Source: Nageia nagi (lineage: Eukaryota > Plantae > Pinophyta). Taken from it: 64,000 nucleotides of DNA. Positions 49,801 to 62,239 of this stretch are shown here, in pieces. The notes below the pieces were generated by a model. It was not told the origin of the DNA, did not search any database, and saw only the letters and a list, made by a program, of their open reading frames with translations. The stretch lies in NCBI GenBank assembly GCA_050084985.1, contig JBITNC010000001.1:190402001-190466000 (forward strand), written 5' to 3'. The number at the start of each line of letters is the position of its first letter. Position 1 is the first letter of the stretch. The position numbers and the translations under genes were made by a program.

Positions 49801-52800
49801 AGGTAATATTGGAGTGGAGTCTAGTAAAGCTAACCTAGGATTAGGTATATGAATTTCATCAAGCTTGAGCTTAATATCCAAGGTTAGTTGCAAATAATAA
49901 ATTCTAAATTCCTAGTAATCCAATCCTAATTCAAGAGTTCACATTATAAAATGAGAAACTTTGAATAAAATTATTTTTTATAGTATGCCAATTTCTAGTC
50001 TTCTCAAAAAACTATTGATGGGTATATCAAGATTAGGGGAGAGTTACTAAAGTATAATAGAACACCTAAACCCATTTTAAAGGTTATTTTAGGTTCTAAT
50101 TTTTCCATAATAATTTGCACTTTTGCAAGTGTTTAGTAGGGTTGTTGTCTCCTCAGTATTATTTAAGTGTGATTGTTATCAATTTTGAAGGATCAAATCA
50201 TATGCTTTAGTATTCTTTTATTTTGTACTAGAGTGTAATAGAATGCTTATGGGTATTCCAAAATAAAGCAATAGTCCCTTGAAGTGTTTTATCTAATACC
50301 ATATCTAACTTTATTCATTATTAAAAAGGTTTTATAATTGTTGAAGGAAATTAGAGAGAGGATTCATATTGTGATATTTAGGTAGTGATTTATAAGGATC
50401 AATTTTAGTAATCATACATACATGCTAGTGTGCAAGACAATCTCATTGAGTCATTTATTTGTAGTCTCCAATGTTACAAAATAGGTATTTTATTTCAAAA
50501 TATTCTCCTTAGTCACCATTATGGAATAGTAGTTATTGTTCATCTATAGAGTCAATATAGTCCTTAAATCCATTTAACTCTTTTCTAGCCATTATGGTGA
50601 AACTTTAACCCACTTACATAGAATATCTATTGTATTATGAAGTAGAGTCACTACTGGAGTTGGGTAAGTCCAAGTAGGCATGCTCCATACTATTTTCTAA
50701 AGGGAAATGTGCTCGATATTCATCATTTGTGATGATCATCTCTTGGATTTTTTTTTCTATAACTCCCTTATTATTGGTGAAGCATTATAAATCTAATATA
50801 TTTGTGTATGTAAACCCATCACTAGCCATATTAATTATCTCAAAATTAGCTTGTGACATAATGTCCATGAAAGATACAATGGTTTCCTTTAATATTCCCC
50901 TAGGTTTAATGAGAGTTCAATCTACCATGGTGAATATTTAGTTTGCTAGTATCAATGGTGGTCACCCTATATTTTGTAAGTACTAGTCAGCATCACATTT
51001 ATATTTGCACGTAAATCAACTATCACATTTTTTACAAGCCTTCCATTAATGCTATTGTATTTGGTAGCAAGCACTATGTTAGTATTATGGTCAATTTTGA
51101 TCTAATATGTAGCAATCTATTTTATTTTTACCAATAGATTCTCTTCATGGATCAATTTTTAAAGTTATTTTAGAAATTCAATCTCATTAGTGATAATATT
51201 TATATATTCCTCCTATCATATAGTAGTTTTTTTATTTTGTAATGTGTCTATTAGGTCTTTATTCATTTACCAATCTTATGATGTTCATGCGGGTTAGGAT
51301 ACCGATCCTTAAAGATTATTTCTTGGATGATTTATTTTTCAACTACTATTCTTTTATTTTTGGATCGCATGGTGACATTGGTCATAGGATTTTTTATTTG
51401 AACCTTTTGATAAATGGGAGTAGTGTGGGATATGGAGATCTCTTTTCCTTTATTAAGGATATGACATCCTAGAATATTTGGTGATCTTCTCTCTAGAATC
51501 ATTAGTTTCTTAGTTGTTATTGGTACCCTTTGTAAAGTATTTACCTTTGTTGGAGGAGGGTTTGATCCTCTTGATGTATCTAATGTGGCCTACTTCTATT
51601 TTTCTAATATATTGGTTAGTATTTTAGGGAAATCCTCACAACTATGGTTATTATATTATTTACAATAGTTACATCTAAGGAATGGCTAGGGTTGTGTACA
51701 TTCATATTTTCTATGAGAGGGGTCAACATATTTATAACATCAAGGGGTTATCCTTCCTTGGTTATTGAATCCCCATCTACATCCACCATGGTATCCTATT
51801 CAACCTCTTCCTCTATGATTATTTGTATATTGGTTATCATTAGGTTCATTATACAATTGCTCATTTGGGGTAGTTGTTTGGGTTGTTGTGAATAAAGGAA
51901 TATATGTTATGCCATCATCATTAGTAAAAGGTTGTGGGGGTTGGTATGGTTTATGGATAACATAAGCCTTAGGCCTATTTCAAAGGTAATATTCTATGTC
52001 ATCTAGAAATCCTTTTCCTTGATAATGTTTAGTATAATGATTAATTGACCCATAAGTGTGATAGTTAATTCTTGGGTGGTTAGTCATCCCTCATCATCTT
52101 AGGGCTTCAACTAGACATTTTGAGTGGTATGATTACCTATTATGCAATAATGGCTATAATAATCCCATAGGTAGAACATTCATTAGCAACATGCCATTAT
52201 TTCCCACATATTTTATACCAAATCTCTTTTTAGGTATGTGGAAAGGTCAAGTGCACTTTAGATTAGTTGATATGATGTGCTAACTCATCTATTTTATCCT
52301 CAATATCATCATCAATTTTTGGTGTACCTTCTAATCACCATGGTTGATATTCAATTTATGTAGTGGATTTTAATGCTTTAATGTATTTAGGGTATCATTT
52401 CTCCATATCCCTCTCTATATGTGATCTTAATCTTGATATAAACCATTCTACCTTCAAGTCTTCTACTAAGGGTTCTTGTAGCTTCAATTATGTCATATTA
52501 AATCACATATCATAGTAACATACAGATTAAATAAGTTCTTGTACAGTTCCCTCATTTTATTAATGCTTTCCAATATTGATTCTAGAAATTATTATTCTAC
52601 CTTAAAAGAATCTTTGATTTCATCCCAAGTTTGGGTGCCATTGTTGGGTGCTCTCTCTTGGATCTTCACTAACCAATCAAAAATGTTGTTCCTCATCATG
52701 GATATAAAGTTGATAATTTTGTCATCATTGATCATACCATTATTAATTTTTTAATAATTCTCTAATATGTATATGTATTCCTTAACATCCTAAGTATCCA

Positions 52801-52850
52801 TTTGAAATATAGGTAACTTGGTATTAGTTGCAAAGTTATATCTTATTGCC
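46870..52850 (-). pseudogene. gag-pol of I
   Basis: Minus strand: TKLPIF gag start; knuckle WYKICGK*WHVANEC (~52200); PR VIVDLRANINV (~51010); DPFLTPF, MPFGLKNAP (~49080); FHVHVD (~48580); HEGVVRGHF; PCHPQANG; WLG(T)Y (~47020). RH joins INT directly, with no second RNase H. Coding-like sequence may extend upstream to ~54300. Confidence 0.9.
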
Positions 52851-54858
52851 ATGTTGTTGGGTCATTAATTTTGTTGGTTAAAGTTCTGTTAATATTTTAT
52901 AGGTTGGTCTCTTTATCATTAGTGTCTATTATTGATTCATTTTAGATATAATATAAATTATATATTAAAGTAATGTTCTCCTATAACTTCAAAAAAATTG
53001 TTGAACTCAGATTCTCTAACTTCTCTTCATATATTAGCTAAATTGTTAGGCTCCATATTTCTTCTATTCATTTGTGAAGTTCTTAGGTAATAAATATATG
53101 TGAGGGGTGGGGAAGGTCCAAAATCAAATGGGTTTTTTAAATTTTATTTTCTTTATATTTTAAGGGTCATATCTCTAAGGGTACTCACTATTTGTCTTAT
53201 GGATTCTTCTGTTAGTTCCTAACTTTCTTCTAGTTTCTTTAAATTATCAATCACTTTGGGTTGCTCACTTGTTTCAATTATTTGCACAACCCACTATGTT
53301 TATGGTTCAAATATTAAATTTTCCAATTCTTCCAAAAGGTTTAGGGTTATCTAGTTCACTCCTATCTCCTATTCCTACTCCTACTCCTACATTTATTCCT
53401 CTAGGGGGTTTGAAATCTATTTTTTATCCTAACTTAGTTATCCTATTTTTTCTAAATATACTAATGATGTTATAGGTAGTGATTCCCATTAAATCCAAAA
53501 ATCCTTTTGTTAGTTTATCAATATAATTCTTTTCTAGGGAATAGGCAAAAGGGGTTTAAACGTGGTCTTTTAATTCTCTATTTATCTCTACTCCTACTAG
53601 TCCCTTCCCTTCTTATCATATCTCTTCTCCTCCTTTTATTATTTATTATCATCCTTCAACCATCCTACCTATATCCTAATCTTTACCCTTTTTTTTATTC
53701 AATGGGATTTCCATGAACCAAGTATCATATAAATCACCGATCATCATTAGGGTTTACAAAATTTGTAGTTGAATTATAGGTGATCTTTGAAAGGGACCAA
53801 ACAAATCATTAGCAATTTTCTCTATATTTTTTCTAAAGTAATGACTTCCATGATTGTTATTTTCTTCTATTGGATAATTTTATTGTATCATTACTCTCTC
53901 AAGCATCTTACTTCACTCCCCTACTTCTAAAATCTCTTAATTTATTAGGGGTTTAATCTCCCCTTTGTTATTATCTTGAATCAATCCTTACTTATTTTTC
54001 CTCTCTCTCTCTCTTTCTTTATTTATTCATGAAATATATTTTGGTATTGAATATTTTTGTTTCTTTATATCATCTCTCTCTTTATATCTTCTTCCTCTCT
54101 TCTCTTTTATTTATTTGCTTCCATCTATCTAAAACTCCTACTACACCTCTCAACCTCCCTCCGTTTTATCTCTTTTTACCTAAAGTTAGATATTTACATT
54201 ATGACCCTTAGTTTTCCCTATCATTTCATTAATGATTTATTTAATTAAGCCTCATTCTCTTTTGAATCTCCCCCACCTTCTGGTGCTCCCCCTCCTTCCT
54301 ATAGGTAGGAGAGAGCTTCAAGAGTTGTGCCTTATTTGATTTTAATAATGTTTACAAATGTAAGATATATTTTCTAAAAATATCTTCCTAATTCCTTGTA
54401 TAAACCTTTTCTTCCTAATTCCCAATATACCTATTACAATAATGCAAATTTGGTGGTATACATATCAATAATATGTTTTACTCACTTATTGACTTTCTTA
54501 GCCTAAGGTTCCTTAGATAGGCTCAACTAAATTATTTTCTCCTTATTCCACTTGATATTAGGGATATCAAATTGGGTTATGAATTCTAGTTTTTTAGTGA
54601 GCCAATCATAAAATAGGTCAATGAATTCTACTTAGAATATTTTGTATCTCCCATATTTGTATGCAAAATTTGCTACCTTCATCTGACCATATCCTATTCT
54701 CTAGCTTGCCCAATCTATGAATTTGTTAATTATATTAGAAAACCAATCTGTAATAGAGTTCTTTGTTGTATTGAAGAATTTTTCTACCTAATTTTATTTC
54801 ATCATTCTATGAGAATCCCTTTTATCTCTATTTATATATGTCCCAGAAATAGAATTAT

Positions 54859-54948
54859 TGATCGATTTTCTATGTGAATATTATATCGATCAAAGAATTT
54901 GTTTCTACAAATAAGATTAAGAATTCTATTTGTGTAATGATATTGATG

Positions 54949-55026
<78 letters not shown>

Positions 55027-55442
55027 ATAAGGAGAATAAAAACATAAATTTAAATAAGGGTTCTCTTTATTAATTGTGTAAATCACTTAATACAACTTTG
55101 TCAAACTAACAAATATATGAAAAATTATAGTGTATCTTATTTTAAGATCCTAGAATTGGTGATTACTATTCTAGTACATATTTCTTACTCTTCTCTTTTC
55201 TCTCTCTCTCTTTTGAATCAATCCTTTCTTCATCTTTAGTATGAACCAAGAGGCTATTTATATATTATTTGATATTTCAAAGAGATGCTTCATAATGACT
55301 CTTAATTGAAATGGTAGTGCATTAGTTAAGTTCATTATTTGTAGTGTTGGAAACTTGTCCTTAAGTCATCAAATGCTGAGATAATTTTTGTTCGCTAGTT
55401 GTAAGTCAGTACTAATTATTTTTAAATTATCTCTTGCTAACA
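54859..55442 (-). repeat. 5' LTR of I
   Basis: Collinear with 40831-41352 apart from an (AT)n expansion. Confidence 0.85.
54951..55018. repeat. (AT)34 microsatellite in 5' LTR of I
   Basis: Read directly. Confidence 0.95.
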
Positions 55443-55447
55443 ACATG

Positions 55448-57150
55448 GATATGATGACCAATGGCATTCTCCACATTAGCTTTTAACTCTTTAAAATATT
55501 GTAAATTCACATTCATTATTTTCAAGAAGAACACCCATAATTTTTTGGAGTAATCATTAAGAAATAGAAGTAAGTGCTTTTGACAAGTGTTACTAACACT
55601 CGTAGCTCTACAAATATCAATGTATATTACATCAAGAGGACCTTTAGCATAATGTATGCAAGGTTCAAATAGAATTTTGGTTTGTTTCCCTATGATCCAA
55701 GTAGAATAAATATTAGTAGGAGAAGCAAGAAATGGGAGACCATGTACCATATCCTTATTTTACAAAGTGATTAGGTAGATTATATTTATGTGTCTAAATC
55801 ATTGGTGCCAAAATATGGTGATATTTATAACATGAACATTTAGAGCTTGATTGTTAGAAGCTATAACATCAAGTAGGAACATTCTCCTAACTCCTTTTTC
55901 TTTTTCTACTATTGGAAATCCTTTGGATTTATCATGAATGAAGAAAACCTTTTCTCCTTTCACAATATCAAACTCCACTTTCAAGTTATTTTCCAATATT
56001 TGACTGATTGATAAGAGGTTTCTTGTGAGCCCTAGCACATACAATACCTCTTTGATCTGATAGTTTTTCTTTCCAAGATGGACATTAACATCATCCTTTC
56101 CTTCAATATCAAGGGATGTGTCATCATCCAATAAAAATTGATCAGAATTTGCATTATCATATAAAGAATAAAACCAATATTTTCATCTAATCATGTCCTT
56201 AGAAGCACCAATATCAATATACCTAGTGGATAAGACTAAAGGTTTCTCTTGATGAATAGAAGTGTGATTGTCAACATATTTAGGCACTTTATCAACATTA
56301 TTTATGACATTGAATTGTTGTTATCTTCATTGTGGTCTTACTTATTTTTACTCCCTCTGATTATATGATTTTTTCCCTTTTCATTTTGGATTCTTATTGC
56401 TTAAAGAGCCTTGAGAAAAGGAATTGTACTAGTATTCTTGCAATTCATGCCCTTCATTGCCACAAATAAAACAACTCTTCTTTTGCTTTTCATTAGCCTT
56501 ATAGAAATTTTTTCCTTTATATTTCTTCTATAAGGACTTATTTTCTCTTTGATTGGACATCATGGTTTATTCCTCTTCATGGGAAGGTGCATACGAAGCC
56601 TCTTCTTGTTGCAATATATTTACTAACTCTTCAAAGTTGTGTTTTATTCAAGATGTTTAATATTGTATATCTCTGGGATTTTTCTCAAGAAAATAGGTAA
56701 AGGAGCTTATCTTCCACCTTCTCATATAATTCTAATAGGGAGGCATGGATATTCATAACTCTATGAAGAAAGAATTCATTTTTTCCACCACTTTTCAATT
56801 TTAGGGTATGTAATTATCCTTATAACTACAAAATTTAATTTTGATTCTTTGATGCAAATACTTATTTCAATTTCTTCCATGCTTATATTGTATATTTGGA
56901 GTCTTGAACATGAGGTTGTACATCATAAAAAATACCAAGTAAAATGATCATACAATATTTCCTACTTCTTTGATCAAACTTGGTTTGAGTTTCATTAGTT
57001 ATCATTAGAAGAGTCTCTATTCTAGTTATAATGTCCAAAAAGTAATCAATATATAAAAAATATTTAAATATTTATTTTCTATGAGGCATAGGTACTACCT
57101 TTCAACACTTAGGAATCAAGCAATGATATTTTTGTGGTTGTTTGGGCCAC
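55448..57150 (-). pseudogene. Copia H gag, protease, GAG-pre-integrase and integrase N-half
   Basis: Knuckle SCFICGNEGHELQE (~56460), RYIDIGASKDM (~56210), VLYVLGLTRNLLSISQ, MVHGLP, PLDVIYIDIC, NDYSKKLWVFFLK. Confidence 0.9.
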
Positions 57151-58819
57151 ACATTTTTCTTGTAAGGTTTGGTCTTCTTCCTTTAAATTTGTATTAAAAA
57201 TTTCATTTAAATATGCTCCAAGGTATTTATTAATTGAGTTTGGCTACAAAAAAAAAATAATACCCTTAAATTTAATCATATACCATATTTAAATTTAGCA
57301 CATGTGAAAATTAATTTTTAAGTTATGAGGAGTTTTGAAATTGTGACCTCTAGTGCACCAACTTGAGTGTTTTATAACACACATACTATTTCACCTTGGA
57401 AGAATAATGACTTATATTATTTATGAGTGTTCAAGTTTTGTTTCACTCTTCAAAAAATTTAAACACCTCCACTATTTTATTTTCTTTAAATAATTTATTT
57501 GTTAGAGAATGATTATTGAATATCCTCCAAAATTGATTAATGTTTCTCATTCACATTTAATCCTTCTTGTGCAAATATTATTACATCTTCCAAATAAATA
57601 TTTTATGGGATATTTTTTTTTTGGGTAAAGAATGTTAATTAATTTCCTCCAATGTTTTCAAAATAACTATTGAGAATAAGTTTTAGTGTTTCAAAATTTA
57701 GAATATAAGTTAAGCTTTTATTTTCATTAGTTGAGATGAAATTAATTATTATCTTTTGGTTGGGTGTTGATTTTATTCATTTGCAAAATTCATGACCTTC
57801 ATTTTTTATTTATTTATTGTAGTTCACTATCTCATGCATGGTCTATGAGGATATGTATGCATGGGGGTTAGGGTAGAGAGGTCAATTCTAGGTTGGGCAT
57901 GTTAGTTTCTGACATATGCTATTTCATGGACTACAAATATGTTTTGGAGGATTGTAAACATAATTGGTTGGATTTATCATGATATATAGGTTGCATATAG
58001 TTAGAAAATACATGCATGGAAGGACAAGGGAAGTGTGAAAGTTGCAACATAATTTGTTCATATTTTTATAGTCATATAATATCATCACTTAGCTAGGTGG
58101 TTGTGAGCATAATGGAGGGATGTGTGGGTTGCAACAATGCTATAGGGTATTGCAAGGATGTTAGGGGTTATACAAGGCTGATATTTGAGAGATTGAATAT
58201 TTTCAATGTCTATAGGTTCAAATGATGGGTGGAGGGCATAACGACATGAAGCATGTAAACATAGTTTCATGAACTATTGTATATGAATGCAATGTACATT
58301 ATCTTACTACAAAAATATGTTTATAACTCTTGGATACTTTAGATTGATGTTTGTTTACTACAAACACAAATTCACATTATTTCCTTTGCTCTTTAACATG
58401 TTTGCAACTTATGCAAGGACTGTTATAATGTGTATGCTATTAGAGGAGGGTTATGAGCTTATTTTTTATAGTGGGGAGCAATGTACTATAACATAGGGAA
58501 TATTAGATTAGGTAATGTAGAGCTTCTCAAGTTTTCACAAAAAAAAAACTCCTCATTGATTTTGCATTGTTGTTGGCAACATAAGAAACATTTTCAATGT
58601 TGAGGAGGGAGGGAGATATCAAGCAAATCTTCTCCTCTCTTCTCTCTCTAAATGGCTATTAAGTATTTTAAACTTGATTCTTCCAATAAGGAAAAACTAT
58701 TACAATGATCTCCTTTATATGTTGATCACATAATGGTTATGATTCTTCTCATGGATCTTCAAGGTAAAAAATGTTTTACACTTGCTTATATCAATAAGGA
58801 AAATCATTCACCAAGGCTA

Positions 58820-58831
58820 GCTCTGATATCA
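58820..58831 (-). promoter_or_regulatory. PBS (initiator Met type) of H
   Basis: Reverse complement TGATATCAGAGC matches TGGTATCAGAGC at 11/12 and abuts the LTR. Confidence 0.85.
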
Positions 58832-59065
58832 TATTGGAGAATAAACAATATTACTTTTAATGATATAAAATAAGGTTTAAATACATTTATATGAAGGCAT
58901 TCCCATACAATAACAATTTAGCCTATAAACACTAATATTATTAATTAACATTAACATAAACAATGTAAATAAATTAACATTAACATAAACAATGTAAATA
59001 AATTAACATTATATTTATTTATATATGTATAGATACCTAATGTAACTAATGTATTATTTTTAACA
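58832..59065 (-). repeat. 5' LTR of H
   Basis: Matches 38294-38496 plus a 29-bp tandem duplication. Confidence 0.88.
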
Positions 59066-59070
59066 AGGGT

Positions 59071-59400
59071 AATAACATACTCAAAAAAATTATAAAGGAA
59101 AATGACATGGACTGGGAAATTTTATATAAGAAGAATATTTTTTAAATATCAATAGCTACTAAAGTTGAGGATATAACCAAAATTGAAAAAGTGTTGTTAT
59201 TTAATATAAAAATTATTTTTATGGTATTGTAAGAGCTATCGAATTGCAAGGGAAAGAAAAATAAAACCAACAAAGGAGCATAAGGAAATGATCATATTCC
59301 AAGGTAGAGAAGGCCATGAAAAAATATTTAATGTGGGGGATGATGAAACTAATGTATAATGTATTGTTGAAATGAAAATTGTATTATCTATCAAAATGGA
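59071..59400 (+). pseudogene. Continuation of the unidentified decayed coding region split by H
   Basis: Joining across H gives LKGRLK*NIKD|NNILKKIIKENDMDWEILYKKN. Confidence 0.4.
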
Positions 59401-59610
59401 TAATATTTTTATGAAAATATTGTATGTTTTAGTGGGCTTTACTCTTTACAATAAAATAATGGTTTTGTTTAACAATCATTCTTGAATGAATTTTATTTTC
59501 CATGTTTACATAATCTACTTTATATATAATTTTTGTATATTGCATATCTTTAAAAGTATATTAATTAACAATTAATCATAGAAATAATATAAAATTAATG
59601 CATTGAAAAT

Positions 59611-59800
59611 ATAAGTGTATTCATAAATAAGATGAGCATCTTTATAAAGAAGATGAGTGTTTTCTTTATGAAGATAAGTGTCTTCATAAAGAAGATGAAT
59701 GAATTCATAAGGGAGATGAGCATCATCATACACAAGATAAGTGTATTCATAAAGAAGATAAGTCTCTTCCTTATGAAGATGCTCATATTTATAAATAAAT
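59611..59800. repeat. 21-bp minisatellite (ATRAGYRTCTTCATAAAGAAG), about 9 units
   Basis: Exact 21-bp spacing by eye; scattered related units continue to ~59970. Confidence 0.88.
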
Positions 59801-62239
59801 GAGAATATTAAATTAAAATATGAGCATATCCATAATAATAAGAGTGTCTTCATAAACAATAATATTTCACAAAATATTAACAATGAATAAAAATTTCATT
59901 TTTAGTGGATTGTTAACTTTTAGTACAAAAAATTAGATGAGCATATTCTCAAATAATATGAGTGTCAAATATAAATATATCTATCAAATTTCAAAGGAAT
60001 ATATTAAAAATGATAGAACTACTAACTACATAGTTCAAATTTCATAAATTTAAAATAAATTCTTATTTGGTTTCCTACCATCATTGCCATGTGTATTTGA
60101 ATTTTTAAGCATTTTCATATGAATTTCTTTATCATTTTGGCTATAATCCTCATTATTCTTATTCACATTTTTCTCTTTGCTAATAGTTTCTAGGATGCCA
60201 CTAGTTTTTCATATGGAAACATATCAACCTTATAAGAAGATACATATACTCATAAATTATAATGCTACTCCATCTTTCATCATCTAACACCCCTAAAATT
60301 TAGGACTATTTTTTTTTTTAAGTCTATTGTTTATTGATTTGTTGACTTTTCAAGGTTTACTATTTAGGGACATATATCCCACATGGTTCATATATTGATA
60401 CCTCATTGAATTTATTAAGGCTTCACCATTTCTTTGTAATTAGAAGGGTATGTTCACCAGGTACTCCTAACTTTGCTTGCAAGTGGATACACTTGATGAT
60501 CACACCCTAGTTTTATTTGAACTTCATTATCAAATATTTGAACTTGAAGGTGTACTTGTTATGATGTAAAGGTTTAATATCACTAGTTTAAGTGCAAATT
60601 GATGTTCGAGAAATCTTAAGATTTAGATCCTATAAAAATATCAAACAATCCAAATTATTTCCCATAGTATCCCCAAATTATCCACATTTAATCCCAAAGG
60701 GTTCCTAACATTTCTCTTATGATCTAAATTTGGGTCCATAAGACTAATATGGGATCATTTTCTATAACATTGTAATGATAGTGGATTTATTTAGGGTTCT
60801 TATTTATTATCAATCTTTAAGACCATTGTACAAGAAATTGAGAAATATTCATTGGATACCTATAACTTTAATTAATTGATTTATATAACTTGCAAATAAA
60901 TAAAAACCATAACCCATTTTGGTTTCATATGTGAGTTCATGTACTTAGGTGGCATTTTCTAACCCTAATTCCCCACTTTATTTATTAATATACTATGTAA
61001 ACCATAAACTCATTAAATCTCAAAGTTAACAATTCAGTCACTAAGTAGGTAGATTCTAATTCTAATTTAGATTAGGTTTTATCCTTTAAACTTTGATCAT
61101 TAATATCTTGACCTTATTATCTAAAAACTTCATATTTATCCCAAAGGATCCCAAATGATCCCATTTATTTCCATTGGGTTCCATTTGTACCCATTTTGAT
61201 CCCAAGGGTTCCTGAAATTTCCCAAGTGATCACAAATTATCATTTGGAACCTTAATAGTTCAAATTTAGGATTGTTTCTAAGTCCTTGGGATAGTTTTGG
61301 ATTTTATTAGAATTAATAAACTAAATAATCTACTTATTTAAGAGTCTTGCTAAAATCATCTACTTAAATTGATTTATACTACCCACTATTGATCATGAAA
61401 TAACAAATATTAATTTCTACTCCTATTCATGTAATCATCATTATTTATAGCATTAAGCCATCATAATATTATTCTCAATAAAAAGGAAAACTTATTAATC
61501 ATTTATATAATAAAACCAATTTGTTGAAGTATAACTCATCTACTTTCCATTTACCATATTAACATGACATAAATACAAAATAACCTTTAATGAATTAATA
61601 TAATATAATACAACCCATTTAATCATTAATGGGATATTTTTGACAAATCATACTATTTCATATCCAATGAGTTTATAATTCAAATGCATTCATGTCATAT
61701 GGTTTTGACCATTGTATCAACCATTGAACATCTCCATCGATCTTCATGCAACAAGCATCAAACATCCCCTTGGAACTTGGTGGGTGGATCGAGTACTAGG
61801 AGGGAGGAGGATTAGGACAACCCTTTTAAAACTTAACCATTATGCAAATGAATTTAACTATAGACCTTAGGAGAAATTATCTCCTATCCTTGATCAATGT
61901 ATATTAATCCATTATTTATTTACCTTATAATTAATCCATATTAAATAATTAAATCATTCACAATAAGGTCTTGAATACCTTAATAATTAATTAATGCAAT
62001 TGTTACTATTTGAATGATTTTACTAAACATTATACCAATATCATGATCTCAAAACTATAGTTCATTTAATACAAGATTCTAAAGAGTTCTTGAATTACTT
62101 ATTAAAAATATTAAACATACTTATCACCTTATTAGATACCAATTAGTTTAATTGATAAACTTAGATGATAATAAGAAAACATATTTTTATTAATTCATAT
62201 TTTCCCACTTTCACATGAATTTAATAATATTTCTTTACT

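Larger units (their letters stand above)
40831..55442 (-). mobile_element. Ty3/gypsy non-chromovirus (Athila-like, no aRH) element I inserted in the integrase of H
   Basis: LTRs at 40831-41352 and 54859-55442. TSD ACATG at 40826-40830 and 55443-55447; removing the element restores HIHV|FHSDQG. PPT AAGTTGGGGAAGA adjacent to 41352. Confidence 0.92.
38294..59065 (-). mobile_element. Ty1/copia element H with short LTRs, carrying nested gypsy I
   Basis: LTRs at 38294-38496 and 58832-59065. PBS reverse complement TGATATCAGAGC at 58820-58831; PPT-like AGTTGGGG next to 38496. The TSD is only imperfect (AGGAT/AGGGT with a 1-nt offset). Confidence 0.9.

Noticed and set aside
54832-55086. ORF with YIYIYI repeat as a protein
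   Set aside because: It is the translation of an (AT)n microsatellite inside an LTR.
37081-59907. CACTA...TAGTG pair as a CACTA transposon boundary
   Set aside because: The match does not extend beyond 5 bp, the flanks GTT/GAT are imperfect, and coding-like sequence continues to the left of 37081.
60060-60210. Minus-strand PBS-like TGGCATCC and a short coding-like stretch as the start of another LTR element
   Set aside because: No LTR partner, TSD or domain motif could be identified in the window.
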